A stretch of 64,000 nt of DNA from Mytilus californianus (lineage: Eukaryota): positions 19,778,001-19,842,000 of the forward strand of contig NW_026262637.1 in NCBI RefSeq assembly GCF_021869535.1. Direction: 5' to 3'. Below are positions 12,601 to 26,300 of the stretch, piece by piece. The first letter of the stretch is position 1, and each line of letters begins with the position of its first letter. The translations under genes were made by a program, and so were the position numbers. The notes beneath the pieces are model-generated. The model saw only the letters and a program-made list of their open reading frames with translations, was not told the DNA's origin and made no database searches.

Positions 12601-13339
12601 TGACTGATTTCCAAAGTTATGGAAGGGCGTGGTATTTGACCTACTTTGGTACAGGGATGCCAATTGGAACTCCCAAACAGCTTTTCAGTTAAATACCCAT
12701 TTAGACATTTTTGATTTTAGATTTGCTCATGTATCTGATATTTAGGGAGCAGGATCAAATTAATTGAATGAATATTACTTATAGAATAGAGAATGTAAAC
12801 AGGGAATGTGTCAAAGAGACAACAACCCAACCAAAGAGTAGAAAACAGTCCAAGGCCACCAATTGGTCTTCAATGCAGCTAGAAAATTCAGCAGCTGGCC
12901 CCTAAACAATAATGTATACTAATTCAGCAAAATGGACGCCATACAAAATTGAAACATACAAATGAACAAATTAAAAAAACACACAAAACTAACAAAGGCT
13001 AGGATTTTCTGACTTGGGACAGGTAAACAAATGTGGCAGGGTTTAACATGTTTTGTGAGATCTCAACCCTCCCCCTATACCTCTAGCAACATACTTATTG
13101 ACATCTCATTTTTATTTTCTTGCTGTCAGAGGTTCTGATGATTATATTAATGGATCCAATAGCTCTTCTTAAAGAAGTTTCCTTACAGAATAACAATAGA
13201 TAAGAAAAAGATTATTTAGTACTACGCTGTAGCGAATTGTATTCCCCTGCTGTCTAAATGATGACTAAACATGAATATTGTTCCTTCAAATAAAATTCAT
13301 ACCACACTTTAAAATACCTTTTGAGGAGTATATTACACA

Positions 13340-13760
13340 GGGAAATTACACTCACATGAATTTCACGTGAATTTAAATTCATGTGAAATTCACATGAATT
13401 TCACCTCAAACGAGCTTATACATTTACATGAAACTCACATGAAAGCAGTTCATGTGAGTTTCACGTGAATCTCATGTAAAAACTCATGTGAATTTCACAT
13501 GAAAATCACATGAAGGCCATGTGAATTTAAAACAGTTATTCAAATAACATCTGAACTTTCAAATTCAATTAAAATCATGAAAAATACCAGTCTTTTTTTT
13601 TTGGTAAAGTTCACACGAAATTGACATGAAAAATTTCACATGAGATTCTCAATTCACGTAAAATTCATATGAAAATTACCACGTGAGTTTCATGTATAAG
13701 CTCTTTTGAGGTGAATCTCATGTGAAATTTTTGACGTGAGATTCATGTGAAATTCATGTT
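13340..13760. mobile_element. Foldback/palindromic MITE built of CACATG/CACGTG motifs
   Basis: The arm TTCACCTCAAACGAGCTTATACA (about 13400) is an inverted match to TGTATAAGCTCTTTTGAGGTGAA (about 13695), and both arms contain many CACATG/CATGTG/CACGTG units. Confidence 0.7.
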
Positions 13761-15284
13761 CTAGAGCACCTGAGCTCATCCTCGGTTTTTAATAGGGTTT
13801 GTGTTGCTTAATCTTCAATTTTCTGTGAAGTGTTTTGTAAACTTTTGTTTGTTTTTTTTCTTTTGGTCATGGTAGTGTCTTTCTTACAAGATCTGGTTTT
13901 TGATTACCTCTTGGTACATATTTTTTCAAATCTTTGTCCTTTGGTCTTTATGAACAGTTGTCTCATTGGCAATTACACCACAGCACTTTATTTTTATAGA
14001 AAGTGCTCTTAATATTACTAGGTAGTATCATTGTTTTTTAATTTTAACCACCTCTGAACTTTGACAGACTGCTGAATAACCAGTCTGAAACTAATATCAA
14101 ACTGAAAAAAATACTTTACCTTGCTATCAAAGGTGGGGCATAAAAATAAATAAATAAAATATTTTTTAATGATAACAAATGTGACATTTTCCCTACTGAC
14201 CTGGATTTCTAACAGAAACATTCTATATTCAATCAGTTCTATCCATACATACAGGTTTTCTTACAAATATCAGTAACTTTTCATTTCAATACTAATAATT
14301 TCATCCAAATCTACAGACTTTGAAGTACATCCATTGCCTGAATAAAAGGTTTTTTACCAATTTTCTCTCTATTTTAGCTCTAATTGTTTTGTGTTTTCAA
14401 GTTTTGATGTGTTGGGTTTTACACATAATGGATGTACCTTTGACAATTTCTTTATTCTTTTGTCTTTCATTCATGTAGCCACATTGAAACATTTTATTGT
14501 CATGAAATCATATAGATTTCATTCTCTTCCATAAGATTTTCAATAAAAAAACTTTACAAAAAAAAATGACTGAATGCAGAATTGGATGAAATCTTGGAAA
14601 CAGCTTTCTATTTCAGACATGATTAAAAATTTAAATAAAATTTGAAAACTTCACAACACAATTCTAAACAGTAAACTATCACAAGGAGGAGTGCGTAAAT
14701 TACAACATGGTTTACTGTAGAAATAATCACAGCTTTGGTAATGAATAATATTCACTTAGCAACACTTTTACCAAAACTTTTTCTCAAACAAAATTCAATA
14801 GTTTTTTTTCTCTAACATACACACACATATGTACAACGAGAAAGAGTTTATATAACTTCCCTTTAGTAATCCTCTGAATCAAATGACTATTTAAGTTGCC
14901 AAATTTGTATATATTGATTCCACAAAATGACCGAATTTTTAGATCAAATTATAATTTGCAAATTTCAGATTCAATATACTAGTAGTGTTATTGCTTTTGA
15001 AACAATAAAATTATTTTAGCTTTTTAACATGAAACCAGAATTTCATTTTAATATATTTATTGAATTTGAAATCATAATAGTATTTGTTTATTTTCATATT
15101 GCAAACAAAGCTATGAATGCTTTTTGATAGATAACAGAGAAATTTATCAGTACTTTTGGTAAAATATTCAACCAGCAAAAAAAGTTGAAATGGACAAATT
15201 TTCCATAGAAACAACTACTATTAATCTTGCCCCTTCTGAATTTTAAACCAAAAGCTTTCTCTCATTTGCTATAGAGATGTTTAC

Positions 15285-15488
15285 TACGGTGGATTGGCTT
15301 TTATTCGTAGGATACCAATGATTGTGGATTTCGTGGGTAAAGCGGAACCATGACTGTTCAAAGAAGTACAAACTTTCTATGGATTATATTCACACTTTGG
15401 CAAAAACTAAATCAAATATCCAAGATAAAATAAGTTTTCCTCAATCCCAAAAAATTGGTACCCACAAAAATTCATGAATCCACAGTAT
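15285..15488. mobile_element. Degenerate TA-flanked MITE (Tc1/mariner-like ends)
   Basis: The left TACTACGGTGGATT and right AATCCACAGTA are imperfect inverted termini. Confidence 0.45.
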
Positions 15489-15725
15489 TTCTATAAGCAG
15501 AGTTAGCCAAGATATATTTCTGAATGAGTTTCACAATTACTACATCCATGTCACGGGTAAAGAAATGGACACAGGGATGAAATGATAAGTCATCAAATAT
15601 GACCTGTTTACATGATATACAACCTTTTCTTATACAACATTATATCAAAAATAATCTGAAATAATATACTTTAGTAATGTTTTGGATATAGTGATACAAT
15701 TTTACATGGAATCATTTTCTGACTC

Positions 15726-16085
15726 AAATGAACAGAACCTTTCACACACAATTTTGTATAGTCCTAAATGAACAGAACCTTTCACACACAATTTTGTATA
15801 GTCCTAAATGAACAGAACCTTTCACACACAATTTTGTATAGTCCTAAATGAACAGAACCTTTCACACACAATTTTGTATAGTCCTAAATGAACAGAACCT
15901 TTCACACACAATTTTGTATAGTCCTAAATGAACAGAACCTTTCACACACAATTTTGTATAGTCCTAAATGAACAGAACCTTTCACACACAATTTTGTATA
16001 GTCCTAAATGAACAGAACCTTTCACACACAATTTTGTATAGTCCTAAATGAACAGAACCTTTCACACACAATTTTGTATAGTCCT
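15726..16085. repeat. Perfect VNTR, 9 x 40 bp (AAATGAACAGAACCTTTCACACACAATTTTGTATAGTCCT)
   Basis: 360 bp of identical head-to-tail units. Confidence 0.97.
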
Positions 16086-17524
16086 AAGTATCATGTAAAA
16101 CACTATACTACAATAACTTAATAGGCACACGAACTTGGATTACAAAACACTCTCTCTATCTCCTCTTTACAGAAATAACTAGTTATAATTTATACATGAT
16201 TATATACTCTATTATTTAGGAACTCAAATAACAAATTACCATGCCAAAAATTTCAGTGAATAAAGATGCTTTGCTATACACAAATGCTTCATAAATGCAC
16301 AAATGTTACTATATTAAAATTCTTTAGTGTTTAAAGAAACATTGTAAGTTGACTGGACAAATTTTTACATTTATGTAATCAATAAGTGAGCTGGTTACAT
16401 TCTGAATATAATTCTTTTAAAAAGATAAATACATCTTTTAATTTGTTGCCATATTTCTATACAAATAAATTTATATTAATATATAAATGTACTGCAGATA
16501 CAACATTCTTACTAGTGAAAGCTATTTCACTTTCAATTTAAAAATTTAAGTATGCATTCAGTAAGAATAATTAGATATGTGTTGTGTATTAAATACACCA
16601 TTCAAAAATTAAGTTTATAAATTTGTCATGCAAAACTAGAAATAAATGATTTTTCAAAACAGAGGTTTAAATGTCTAATTACTTGCTTTGAGAACAAAAT
16701 TACTTTGATAATATCACAAAGCCTTGTCATACTTTAAGCTAGATAGACACTGTTTAACTGAGTATCCAAGGGGTGGTCCGATCTTTAATTTGTTTCCTGT
16801 TACATTTGTCATCAAACATTTCCACAAAACTGAGAATTTGTAATTGTTTCTTAAACATGCACTTGCTTAAATATATTTTATCAAATTGTTAATATGATAC
16901 CTATGAAATATACCATAATTTTCAATAATTCATGAATCAAAAGATTTTTTTTAAATATTTGAGTAAGGGAGATAACTTTTGTACATATGTTTTTAAATCA
17001 AGGGGAGATAATATAACACTTTATACTATTTGATGTAACAGCAGGAAAACAAGAACAGGTTCCCTGTTGTTTTTCATTTTATTTCCTTAAAGAACTGATC
17101 TAAATAAAATTTCTATAATTAAGTTCTACAGATACATTTTTGTTTTATTATTTGACAAAGAATTATTTCCCCTATATTATCTATATTAAATTGTTATTTT
17201 TTTAAATCCATAATTCTCTTTAATAAAGCGTTTGGTGACCTTTTTCATATTGGATTTGAAATCCATACTTTCAACTCTGTTTCATGAAAATTTGAGAAAA
17301 ATTTAAGCTATAATACTATAAGTGTCCACCTTAATGTATATCATATATATAAGAATGGGTTGAAAAAAATTTACACATGCTAGTAGATAACAATTTAAGG
17401 TTCTACTGTACAAATATATACAATTCTAAACTACAATGTAATAGCCCTATATTTTTTATATAAAGGTCATATAAAATAAATCATCTGGTTCTCAAATTTT
17501 CTTTAAAAGAAAGGGGGATTCAAT

Positions 17525-18060
17525 TTCTATATTTACCATAAATTTACTTTTTGACCATGAAAAATACAAAACTGACTACCGGTATACTATAAACAAAAAG
17601 CCTCAATCTAACCAACATTTTTTAATTCATCAAGTGTTCCCCTGATCTCAAATCTTATTGTTATGTGGTGATATCCTTTGGCATTCCTAAAAACCTTAAG
17701 CAAAATACTTGAAAGAACCACTGAAGTATGGATGTCCCTACTGCTGTAGGGATTTACAATAATTTCAAGTCGAGATATTTCCAATTTTCATATATTCTAT
17801 ATTTACCATAAATTTACTTTTTGACCATGAAAAATACAAAACTGACTACCGGTATACTATAAACAAAAAGCCTCAATCTAACCAACATTTTTTAATTCAT
17901 CAAGTGTTCCCCTGATCTCAAATCTTATTGTTATGTGGTGATATCCTTTGGCATTCCTAAAAACCTTAAGCAAAATACTTGAAAGAACCACTGAAGTATG
18001 GATGTCCCTACTGCTGTAGGGATTTACAATAATTTCAAGTCGAGATATTTCCAATTTTCA
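17525..18060. repeat. 266-bp direct duplication (17525-17790 and 17795-18060)
   Basis: The two copies read as identical and are separated by TATA. Confidence 0.92.
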
Positions 18061-20001
18061 AGTCTGACAAGAATTTCATATAAATGGACAGTTCTCTAAA
18101 TCATTTTCCCCTGGTACTCCTTGAATAAAATCTGCTAGTCCTCACTATTTTTTCTATTGCAAAATACCAAAATTGTGTCAGTCCTTGCAAAATTTTGGTG
18201 GTCAAAAGACTCAAAACCTTCGAACCACCACTTCTGAGAACTCTGGATTAACGTTTAATTTTGTCTTCAAATCATATAAGCCAGAACCTAATTTTGTTCG
18301 TTGAGAAACTAAGATCCAGATAATTAATTTTGTATGACCTAAGAAAATTACAATAACACACTATCACAGAAAATAACAAATAATTTAGCACACGGTTGAA
18401 ATGCAACAAAATTACATATCTATGGTATCATAATAAATATATCAAGTCACACCGTGGGCAAAAAATCAGAAAAAAGTACACATTTTTTTTGCTGTAATAG
18501 CTTGTTACTGATTGATTGCTGGTTTCCCCCGATTTAGTAATAAATATTTCATCTGTAAGTAAGCTGACAATTTGTAACTATAAAATAGTGCTAGTACGGA
18601 TATAGGTAAAATTTAAAGTATTTATTTCTGAAGATTATTTTACAGAATTAACTGAAAAGAAAGCACCTTCATTCAAGAAAATATGAATAAGAAAACATGA
18701 TCTTTATATAACTTAAAAAAAGCCATGCTGTTAATTTTTTGTTTTTTTATTCAGCATAATAAATTGTGAAAACTGCCATACACATTGATTTGAAAGCACT
18801 TCAAGAAAGTTTATATCAAATATTTGTTTTTTAAAATTGATTGTTGTTGATAAATTTCTCTACTAGATTATGTACTTAAGTACTGTAACCTTTATCTAAC
18901 CATTATTTTAACTCATCAAGTGTTTCGGCAATAAAAAAAAATGCTAGTATCTATTGACAAAACTGTGCAGGTGGAATTCAGACAGGTCCAAGTTATCTGA
19001 AACAAATGTTTTAAAGTAACAAATTTTCCAAATTGCTCTTAAAAATATCTAAATTAAACCAACCAAATGTAAGAAAAGTTAGGTACACGTGGTTTCATGC
19101 TTATGTTCATAAAAAGCTGTGCAATATTCAAGCAGTAAACTTTGACATAAGGATTTGGTTTTGCTTTACATTACCTAAGAAAAGCATTTGTTTTTTTTAT
19201 ATCCAGTTACAAATATATGACCCATTCATTCTCTTTCAAACCTAAAGTGAGGACTTGCTATCTAGCTAAAACTGCCCTATAATTTTAATGATTGCACACA
19301 TTATACACTCCAGCATACAAACTACATAATAATCATACAATAATTAACCACATCAAGAGATGACTATTTGAAATAAAACTCCATGGTTTACAGCAGGCTT
19401 TGAAAATCTTATATCATAATTATACCCAGATCACCTAAAATCAACTGAAATTCTCTATCTTAATTCTTATTTGTATCACTAAAAAATGTATACTTAATTC
19501 AAAAGGTAATGAATAAATCTATTCTTCACTATTCAATATAACTTTTGCATTAGAAAAAATATGGCATTAAAGCATTTCAAAATAACAGCTCAGTATACTC
19601 TTAAAGCAAACAAGAGAAGACATAGTGCAACATTTTTCTGTGAAATTGTATAGTAAGATGTATTAAGACTTGAAAAACTGAAAAAATGTGACACTTTCTG
19701 TGTAGGCTTACGTCCTATTAAAGGGTCTATCAAAAGGGAAAAATTTTAAATAACCATGATTTTCTTAATCTACATATCCTATGATAATTGTCAATGAGCA
19801 CCACTACAAAATACAATTTTACATATTCTGACTTTATAACAAAGTCATAACATCAAACACCAATAAATATCAATCAAAACATCACATCACATAATCACAT
19901 ATACTACAACAGCCTTATACTATAGAAAATACGAGGTGTGCCATTGACAACAGATAAATTTCTAAAAACAACCCTATCTACTATTTCCTGTGGTGATAAC
20001 A

Positions 20002-20341
20002 TTAGGTTCTGTGTTGTGACAACAGTTGTCTATGAGCAGTCATCTCTGTCGGTGTAAGTGGTTGAGCATCGTCTGTCATCCTGTGGATTGGTGGATTGGA
20101 TGATATGTGTCTGCGTCTTCTCACTGGTATCTTCTCTTTGGGTTGTCTGTCATTGTCTGGAGTAATTCCATGAGCTAGATCAGTGATCTGTGTAGATGTT
20201 TGTCTGTCGCCATCAACAGATGGAATGTCTGATAGAAGTATAGCTGAACTTTCATCATCTTCACCCTTGTTATCAATGACATACTTGTCATCAATATCAG
20301 GGACTACCTGTAGAGGCCCACTTATACTAGACATCGCTTTC
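20002..20341 (-). CDS. STK40: STK40 last coding exon (KAMSSISGPLQVVPDIDD...QHRT*)
   Basis: CAG acceptor at 20342-20344, TAA at 20002-20004. Confidence 0.93.
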
Positions 20342-23300
20342 CTGTCAAACAATAATCGTAAATTAAAAACAAATATATCATAATCAGTGCTATTTTGTAT
20401 TTTAATGTCAAACAATGGACCCATCATAGATGGATTTTTTTAATAGAAATTTAAATAATGATAAGAATATCAATGTTCTTTTAAAATACATAATTGAGTT
20501 CATAAAAGGACACATTAAAAACAGTTATCAATGAATGCAACATGCATGTTTCTCCCAATTATCAAACAATGAACCTGGCCTAGAAACTTAATAGGATTAA
20601 AGCTCCCCCTCATGGCCCAGTATTGAATGTTGATGAAGTAAGGATGTTATACAGGTGCTCTATGAATGTACATACTTTAAGACTAGAGCTCTACAGTGTG
20701 AAAATCTTTAAAATTTCTTGTCATATCCTGATTTGGACACTCCACCTCTGATCTCAAAGAGGGTAAATAGTTTCTTTCATGATGATAATATTTTAATAAT
20801 TAGTAGTCATATCTGTGTTTTATTTAAGTTTCTGTTAACATTTTTAAAAGGTCATGTTGTGATTTTGACACTCCGACCGGGACCATTAAGAGGGTAAATA
20901 GTTTCTTTAGTCATATCTGTGTTTTTATTTTAAGGTGTATGTAAGTACAGTTAACAAGTATATCTAGTAACATTAGAGATTTTGTGTTTAAAAGAGGTAG
21001 TAATGAAAGCATCTCTCACATCACTTATAAAGTTTTGTAGCAAGTTATTTCACAAGACCTTTCTTTCTGCAATGAAACTAATTTCTCATAAATATTTGCC
21101 AAATAATGTAAGACTTAAAATGTAATACACTCACCATTTATCAAGAAGAGACTGTAACTGTTCTATGACCTCTAAAGCTGTCAAACGTTTTTCAGAGTCC
21201 AAGGTCAAAAGGTTTTGAATGATATACTTAGAATCTTCAGAAACTCTGCCATCACTGAAATTAAAGAAATTTACTTTCTAGCATTGACGATATTACTTTC
21301 GCTCTATTACAGATATATTTCAAAGTGAGTCAATATTTACGTAAGCTTTTGCAACTCGCACCTACCACTTTGTAGGCTGAAACCTTCTACTTACAATCTA
21401 TAACATATAGGATACTTATTTTTTTCAAATAGGGAAAAGCTAATATCAATGATGTTTAGAAATAGAATTCTTGGTATGTTCTGCAGGGTTCTCATCACAA
21501 ATTACAAACAGTATCCTGGTGAACATAAAGTTTTACAATTGCGTCTTGTTTTAAATTTTTTTTTTTTACATATTTTCACAATAAGTCTTTACATATGTGA
21601 TAAAATGTAGTGAAAGTTTCAACTGTTTTCAGTTACCACAGAAATTTTGTTAAGCATCAGAATATAAGATTATTTGTATGATATGTGGTTACAATTGTCA
21701 ACTCTACTAAAAATAATCAGACATTAGTTGTTGAACTATATTAAATGCATTTTCTTGTCAAAACAAAAAAAATGACAATGGATAGGACACATGCTATAAA
21801 TTTAAAATAATAAACAGACTTCTTTAGCTGTATAAGTAAACATACTATATAGAAAAATGATTGTTTTTTTCTTAATGTATACATGAATACTTTAATGATT
21901 TAACCATATAGTTTTATCTTACTCCATGAATGTACTGATAAAGTATGAATGGACCAAGACCATATTACTATTCAGGCTATTTCTACTGAATTATTTTAAC
22001 TTTAGACAAAAGATGCATTTTGTAAAGCTGAAATTTGAGGCTGTGTTGATTGGAGTATTCAAAATAAATAATCATACCTTGGCATAGTAAACTCTGCTGC
22101 TTTGATCTTCCTGAATAATTCCTGTGGCTGACTGTCATAGAATGGAAACTGTCCATACAACATAGTAAATAATACAACACCAAGGGCCCACATGTCACTT
22201 GGTTTGCCTAGATATGGTTTGCCTAAAATTATACAAAACATAATAAATAATACAACACCAAGGGCCTACATATCACTTGGCTTGCCTGAAATTATACACA
22301 ACATAGTAAATAATACAACACCAAGGGCCCACATATCACTTGGCTTGCCTAGATATGGTTTGCCTAAAATTATACAAAACAAAATAAATAATACAACACC
22401 AAGGGCCCACATATCACTTGGCTTGCCTGAAATTATACACAACATTTTAAATAATACAACACCAAGGGCCCACATATCATTTGGCTTGCCTAGATATGGT
22501 TTGCCTAAAATTATACACAACATTATAAAAAAACAGTGTTTCAATGTTGCTAGTGTAAACCTTTGAAATAAATTTCATGAAAATTTGACAAGAAATGTAG
22601 GCATGACAAAGCTTACAATGCAATGTTCAATATAAAATACATATCAAAGGGACATAACTCTAGTAAAAATAAATGTCAATCATCAGAGCTGATTTTCAAG
22701 GTCATCCTGGACATTCCTGATATAAACCTTAATTGTAAAATTCATAACAATACTAAATGAAATGTACGTATGAGAGTGCTTACAATGCAATTTTCCATAA
22801 AATTTGTATTTCCAAAGGCCTAACTCCATAATGAAAAGTTGATTGGCACTGATCTTTCGAACTAATCTGAGACTTTGCTGATATACCGGTAAACCTTATA
22901 TATACATGCACCTTGCCATGCAGCACCGTCCCTTGGTGGCTTTTGCAGTTAAGTTAAATATCCAATACATTGCCAATTTATTTTAAGAACTTTTTCATGT
23001 TGGGGTGTACCTGAGAAAGAGGGAAACACTGTTGAACACATATTTATATATATTTATATATGTGTGTAGTTCATGATGTTCAAACAGCTTTTTCTTTTCT
23101 TTGCATGTATACCAGACTATTCTTGTTTCTTTTTGTTATAGTCTTATTAATGTCTTATATTGTATTATGCTCATTGCATTTAATGAAAATAAAATATCTT
23201 CTATACATTTCATAAAAATCTTGGGAGAATTGTGCACTTTTGAGAGTGCTTACAATGCAAATTCCTTTAGAATTTTACATTTCCAAGGGACATAACTCCT

Positions 23301-26300
23301 GTAAAAATAATTGATCAGTGCTGATTTTTGAACTTGTACCATACATTACTGAAATGAATCTTTGATAAAAAATTAATAACAATCCTACAAGAAATATTAG
23401 CTTTAGAGCACTTACAATGAAATTTCCATACAATTTATATTTCCAAGTGAAATAACTCCTTTAAAAATCTTTGGCACTTATTTTTGAAATTGTTCAAGAC
23501 ATTGCTGATGTTAACCTATGACATATATTTCATAAAAATCTGGCGAGAACTGTAGGGATAAGCACTCACAAGACTAATGGACAGATGGAAATTTCACATC
23601 ACAAAGAAAATGACCATAAACCAAAACTTAAACCTGATACAGGACAAAAGTGCGGAATCACACAGACCAGAAAAAATAGTACCCACCACCACCACCAACA
23701 ACTCTTAATATTGTAGCCTAGTCATAAAAGACAAAGGAAGCACAATATTTTATAAAGGGAAGAAGTGATATGATGAGTTTTACTTGAATATTTTCAATTT
23801 TTTGGGATAGAAGTCTGTATTGCAGATATACCACTATATTAGGAAAAATCAAGGTAAAACAGATTGTAGATATTTTAGTGAAAAAGGGGATTCCCCTGAA
23901 CTGACTCTATTCATACAAAGTATTCTGTTGTCCAAACATCAAATATAAATTTAAACAATAGGATTAAACAAAAGATTTTCCCATAAGATGTATTTATAAT
24001 TTTATAATAAATATTTATCAATGTTTGTGTTTTTAACATTTTACTTTTCAATTTTAATTAATTTATTTTTTTACTTTCAGTTCCACTTTCTATTTACTTT
24101 TTTTTTTACATTTAACTTTTCTATTTCTTATTAAAAATATTTTTTTACTTTTTCGTTTTTATCTTTTATTTTTTATCTATATTTTGATTTTCACTCTTAT
24201 TTATTTTTTAACTTTCACATCTTTATTAATTTTTTTTATTTTTTATTTTTCATTTATTTATTTTTGTACTTTTCATGTTATATTTATCTAATATTTTACT
24301 CTTTTATTTAACATAAAATTGAATTTTAAAATCAGCAGATAAATTACTTACAACTGAAAAAATCAATAAAAATAATGTTTTATTAACAATTAAAATTTGT
24401 CTCACATAACACAAAGAAATACATTAATTTACACTTTTCTCAAGACAAATTAATGCCTATTCATAAAACTGTTTGGATTGCAGTTTACACAACTAATTAG
24501 TGAAAGTGAAAGATCAAAGTAAATGAGTAATTATTTGTACCCTTTGATGTCTTTGATGTTTTCAATGATTACTTATTATTTGTCTCAGCTTGGTAAAGCC
24601 AAGGAATTCTTTTTGGAGCAATTTTTGTTATAAAAAGGAAGCACATTATAGGAAAATCATAACTTGCTCAACTGTTGAACTGCCAATATCTTCTACTCAA
24701 ACCATTACAATGGAACTTAGTAACATTCTGACCTATGCTGCTGACCTCAAGTCCTTACTTATTGTTTATGACAATTCAGTTGTACAACTATCTATGCTAG
24801 GTATGTTACATATAGTGATAAATAAGATAAAATTAGTTATATTGTTCTTTTTCTGAATATACAACAAAAAGAAGTAATATATTAATCTCAATTAGGGAAT
24901 TTGATTTGGTAAATCACATTTTTAAGTCTAATATACTTTTACCACATTAAAATAATGAAATATAGCTACACTTAAAGATAGCAATTGTTATTTTTCTTTC
25001 GTTAGAAGTCTTAAGTTAACAAATAAAATCTATTTAATTTTAAAAATATACAAATGTGGTAATCTTTTTGACTCTCAGTGTATAATATAACAAATTACTA
25101 AATTGTTTTTTATTATTTCAGATACCAAGATTCATCGTCTAGACCAACAGATCTTCACAGCCAACCTAGAAGGAGCCAGTGGTTATGGCGTGCATTTACA
25201 GTCCCAGAAGTCTGTTACAGTTGGTGTCAAAAAGGTGTTTGAAAAGTTAAAGACAAAGAAATGGCAAGAAATCCAAGAGTTGTCTGCCCTGATTCTACAG
25301 TCAAACGACCCAAGTCATCCTACTCCAACAGCCACAACAGACAGTCAACCAGAAACAGATACCATGGCAACATCATTTACAGAAATGTTCTGTGCTTTCT
25401 CAAGGACAGCTTAGTGACAATTTGTTATTGTATAAAAATCAGTGCTAATGTTTAAATTGATTATATTTATTGTAATTTTATGTCTAAATGTAGTGTATGC
25501 ATGCTAGTGCTCATGGATTATTGAATAGTGCTTAATAAAATAATATATAAGATAATTTGTTTTATGTTCTAAAATATCATTGCTGCCATAAGAAGTCAAA
25601 AGTTTCAGAAGATCTACAGCATCGGAAATACAGTATTAAAATAACAAACAAACAAGACAAAAATAAAGAAAATAAATTTTCCTCAACCACACAAACAGGT
25701 ATTATGAATACTTTGACACATGTAACATTTTGAAGATGTTTACTTTAGTAACACAAAATAAACTTAGGAATTGCCACACTTATACACAAAAAATTGGAGA
25801 AAAACAAAATGACAAAAATAACACAGATGAATGTTCATAAATTTCAGGGAAGTTAATTTGCATAAAACAAATTTACTAGAATTTAAAATAATATTCTTTA
25901 ATTCACTTTTATTTTTTTTAGTATTAGTTAAAACTTATTATGATAATTTATTTGAAAACAATTCACTCAAGAATTTAATTGAAACAATTGATCAAAGTGA
26001 ATCACTTATTAATACTACTAATTTTACTCAACAATTAATTAATTAATGAAAGTACCAATTATAAGTACTTCCAGACCCTTTCAACTTTATTCTTGGTCAT
26101 TGATTAAACTTGATTATTACTTACAAGACTTGGCTTGGGTAAGTCTTTTACATTCCTTTATATAATGTGTTTAGTGAACACAATTTATTGATCATTGGAT
26201 GGATAAGGGAGCTATCATTTGATTTTAAGGGGGGCTAGCATGAAAAATTTTGTCCTGCATTTTTTTTAGCTGTAATCTCTGTCCTGCCTTTTTATTTATC

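Noticed and set aside
12534-12735. Exon-like segment on the minus strand with a GTAAGT donor
   Set aside because: All three frames contain stops; at most a non-coding exon, and unsupported.
15726-16085. CRISPR-like 40-bp array
   Set aside because: No spacers; it is a simple VNTR.
17800-18310. Coding-like composition on the minus strand
   Set aside because: Stops occur in every frame and there is no identifiable homology; probably UTR or very old debris.
22192-22566. 124-aa plus-strand repetitive ORF
   Set aside because: It is the antisense read-through of the exon-6 duplication array.
24030-24310. Long T-rich tract
   Set aside because: Low-complexity sequence with no repeat unit or structure.
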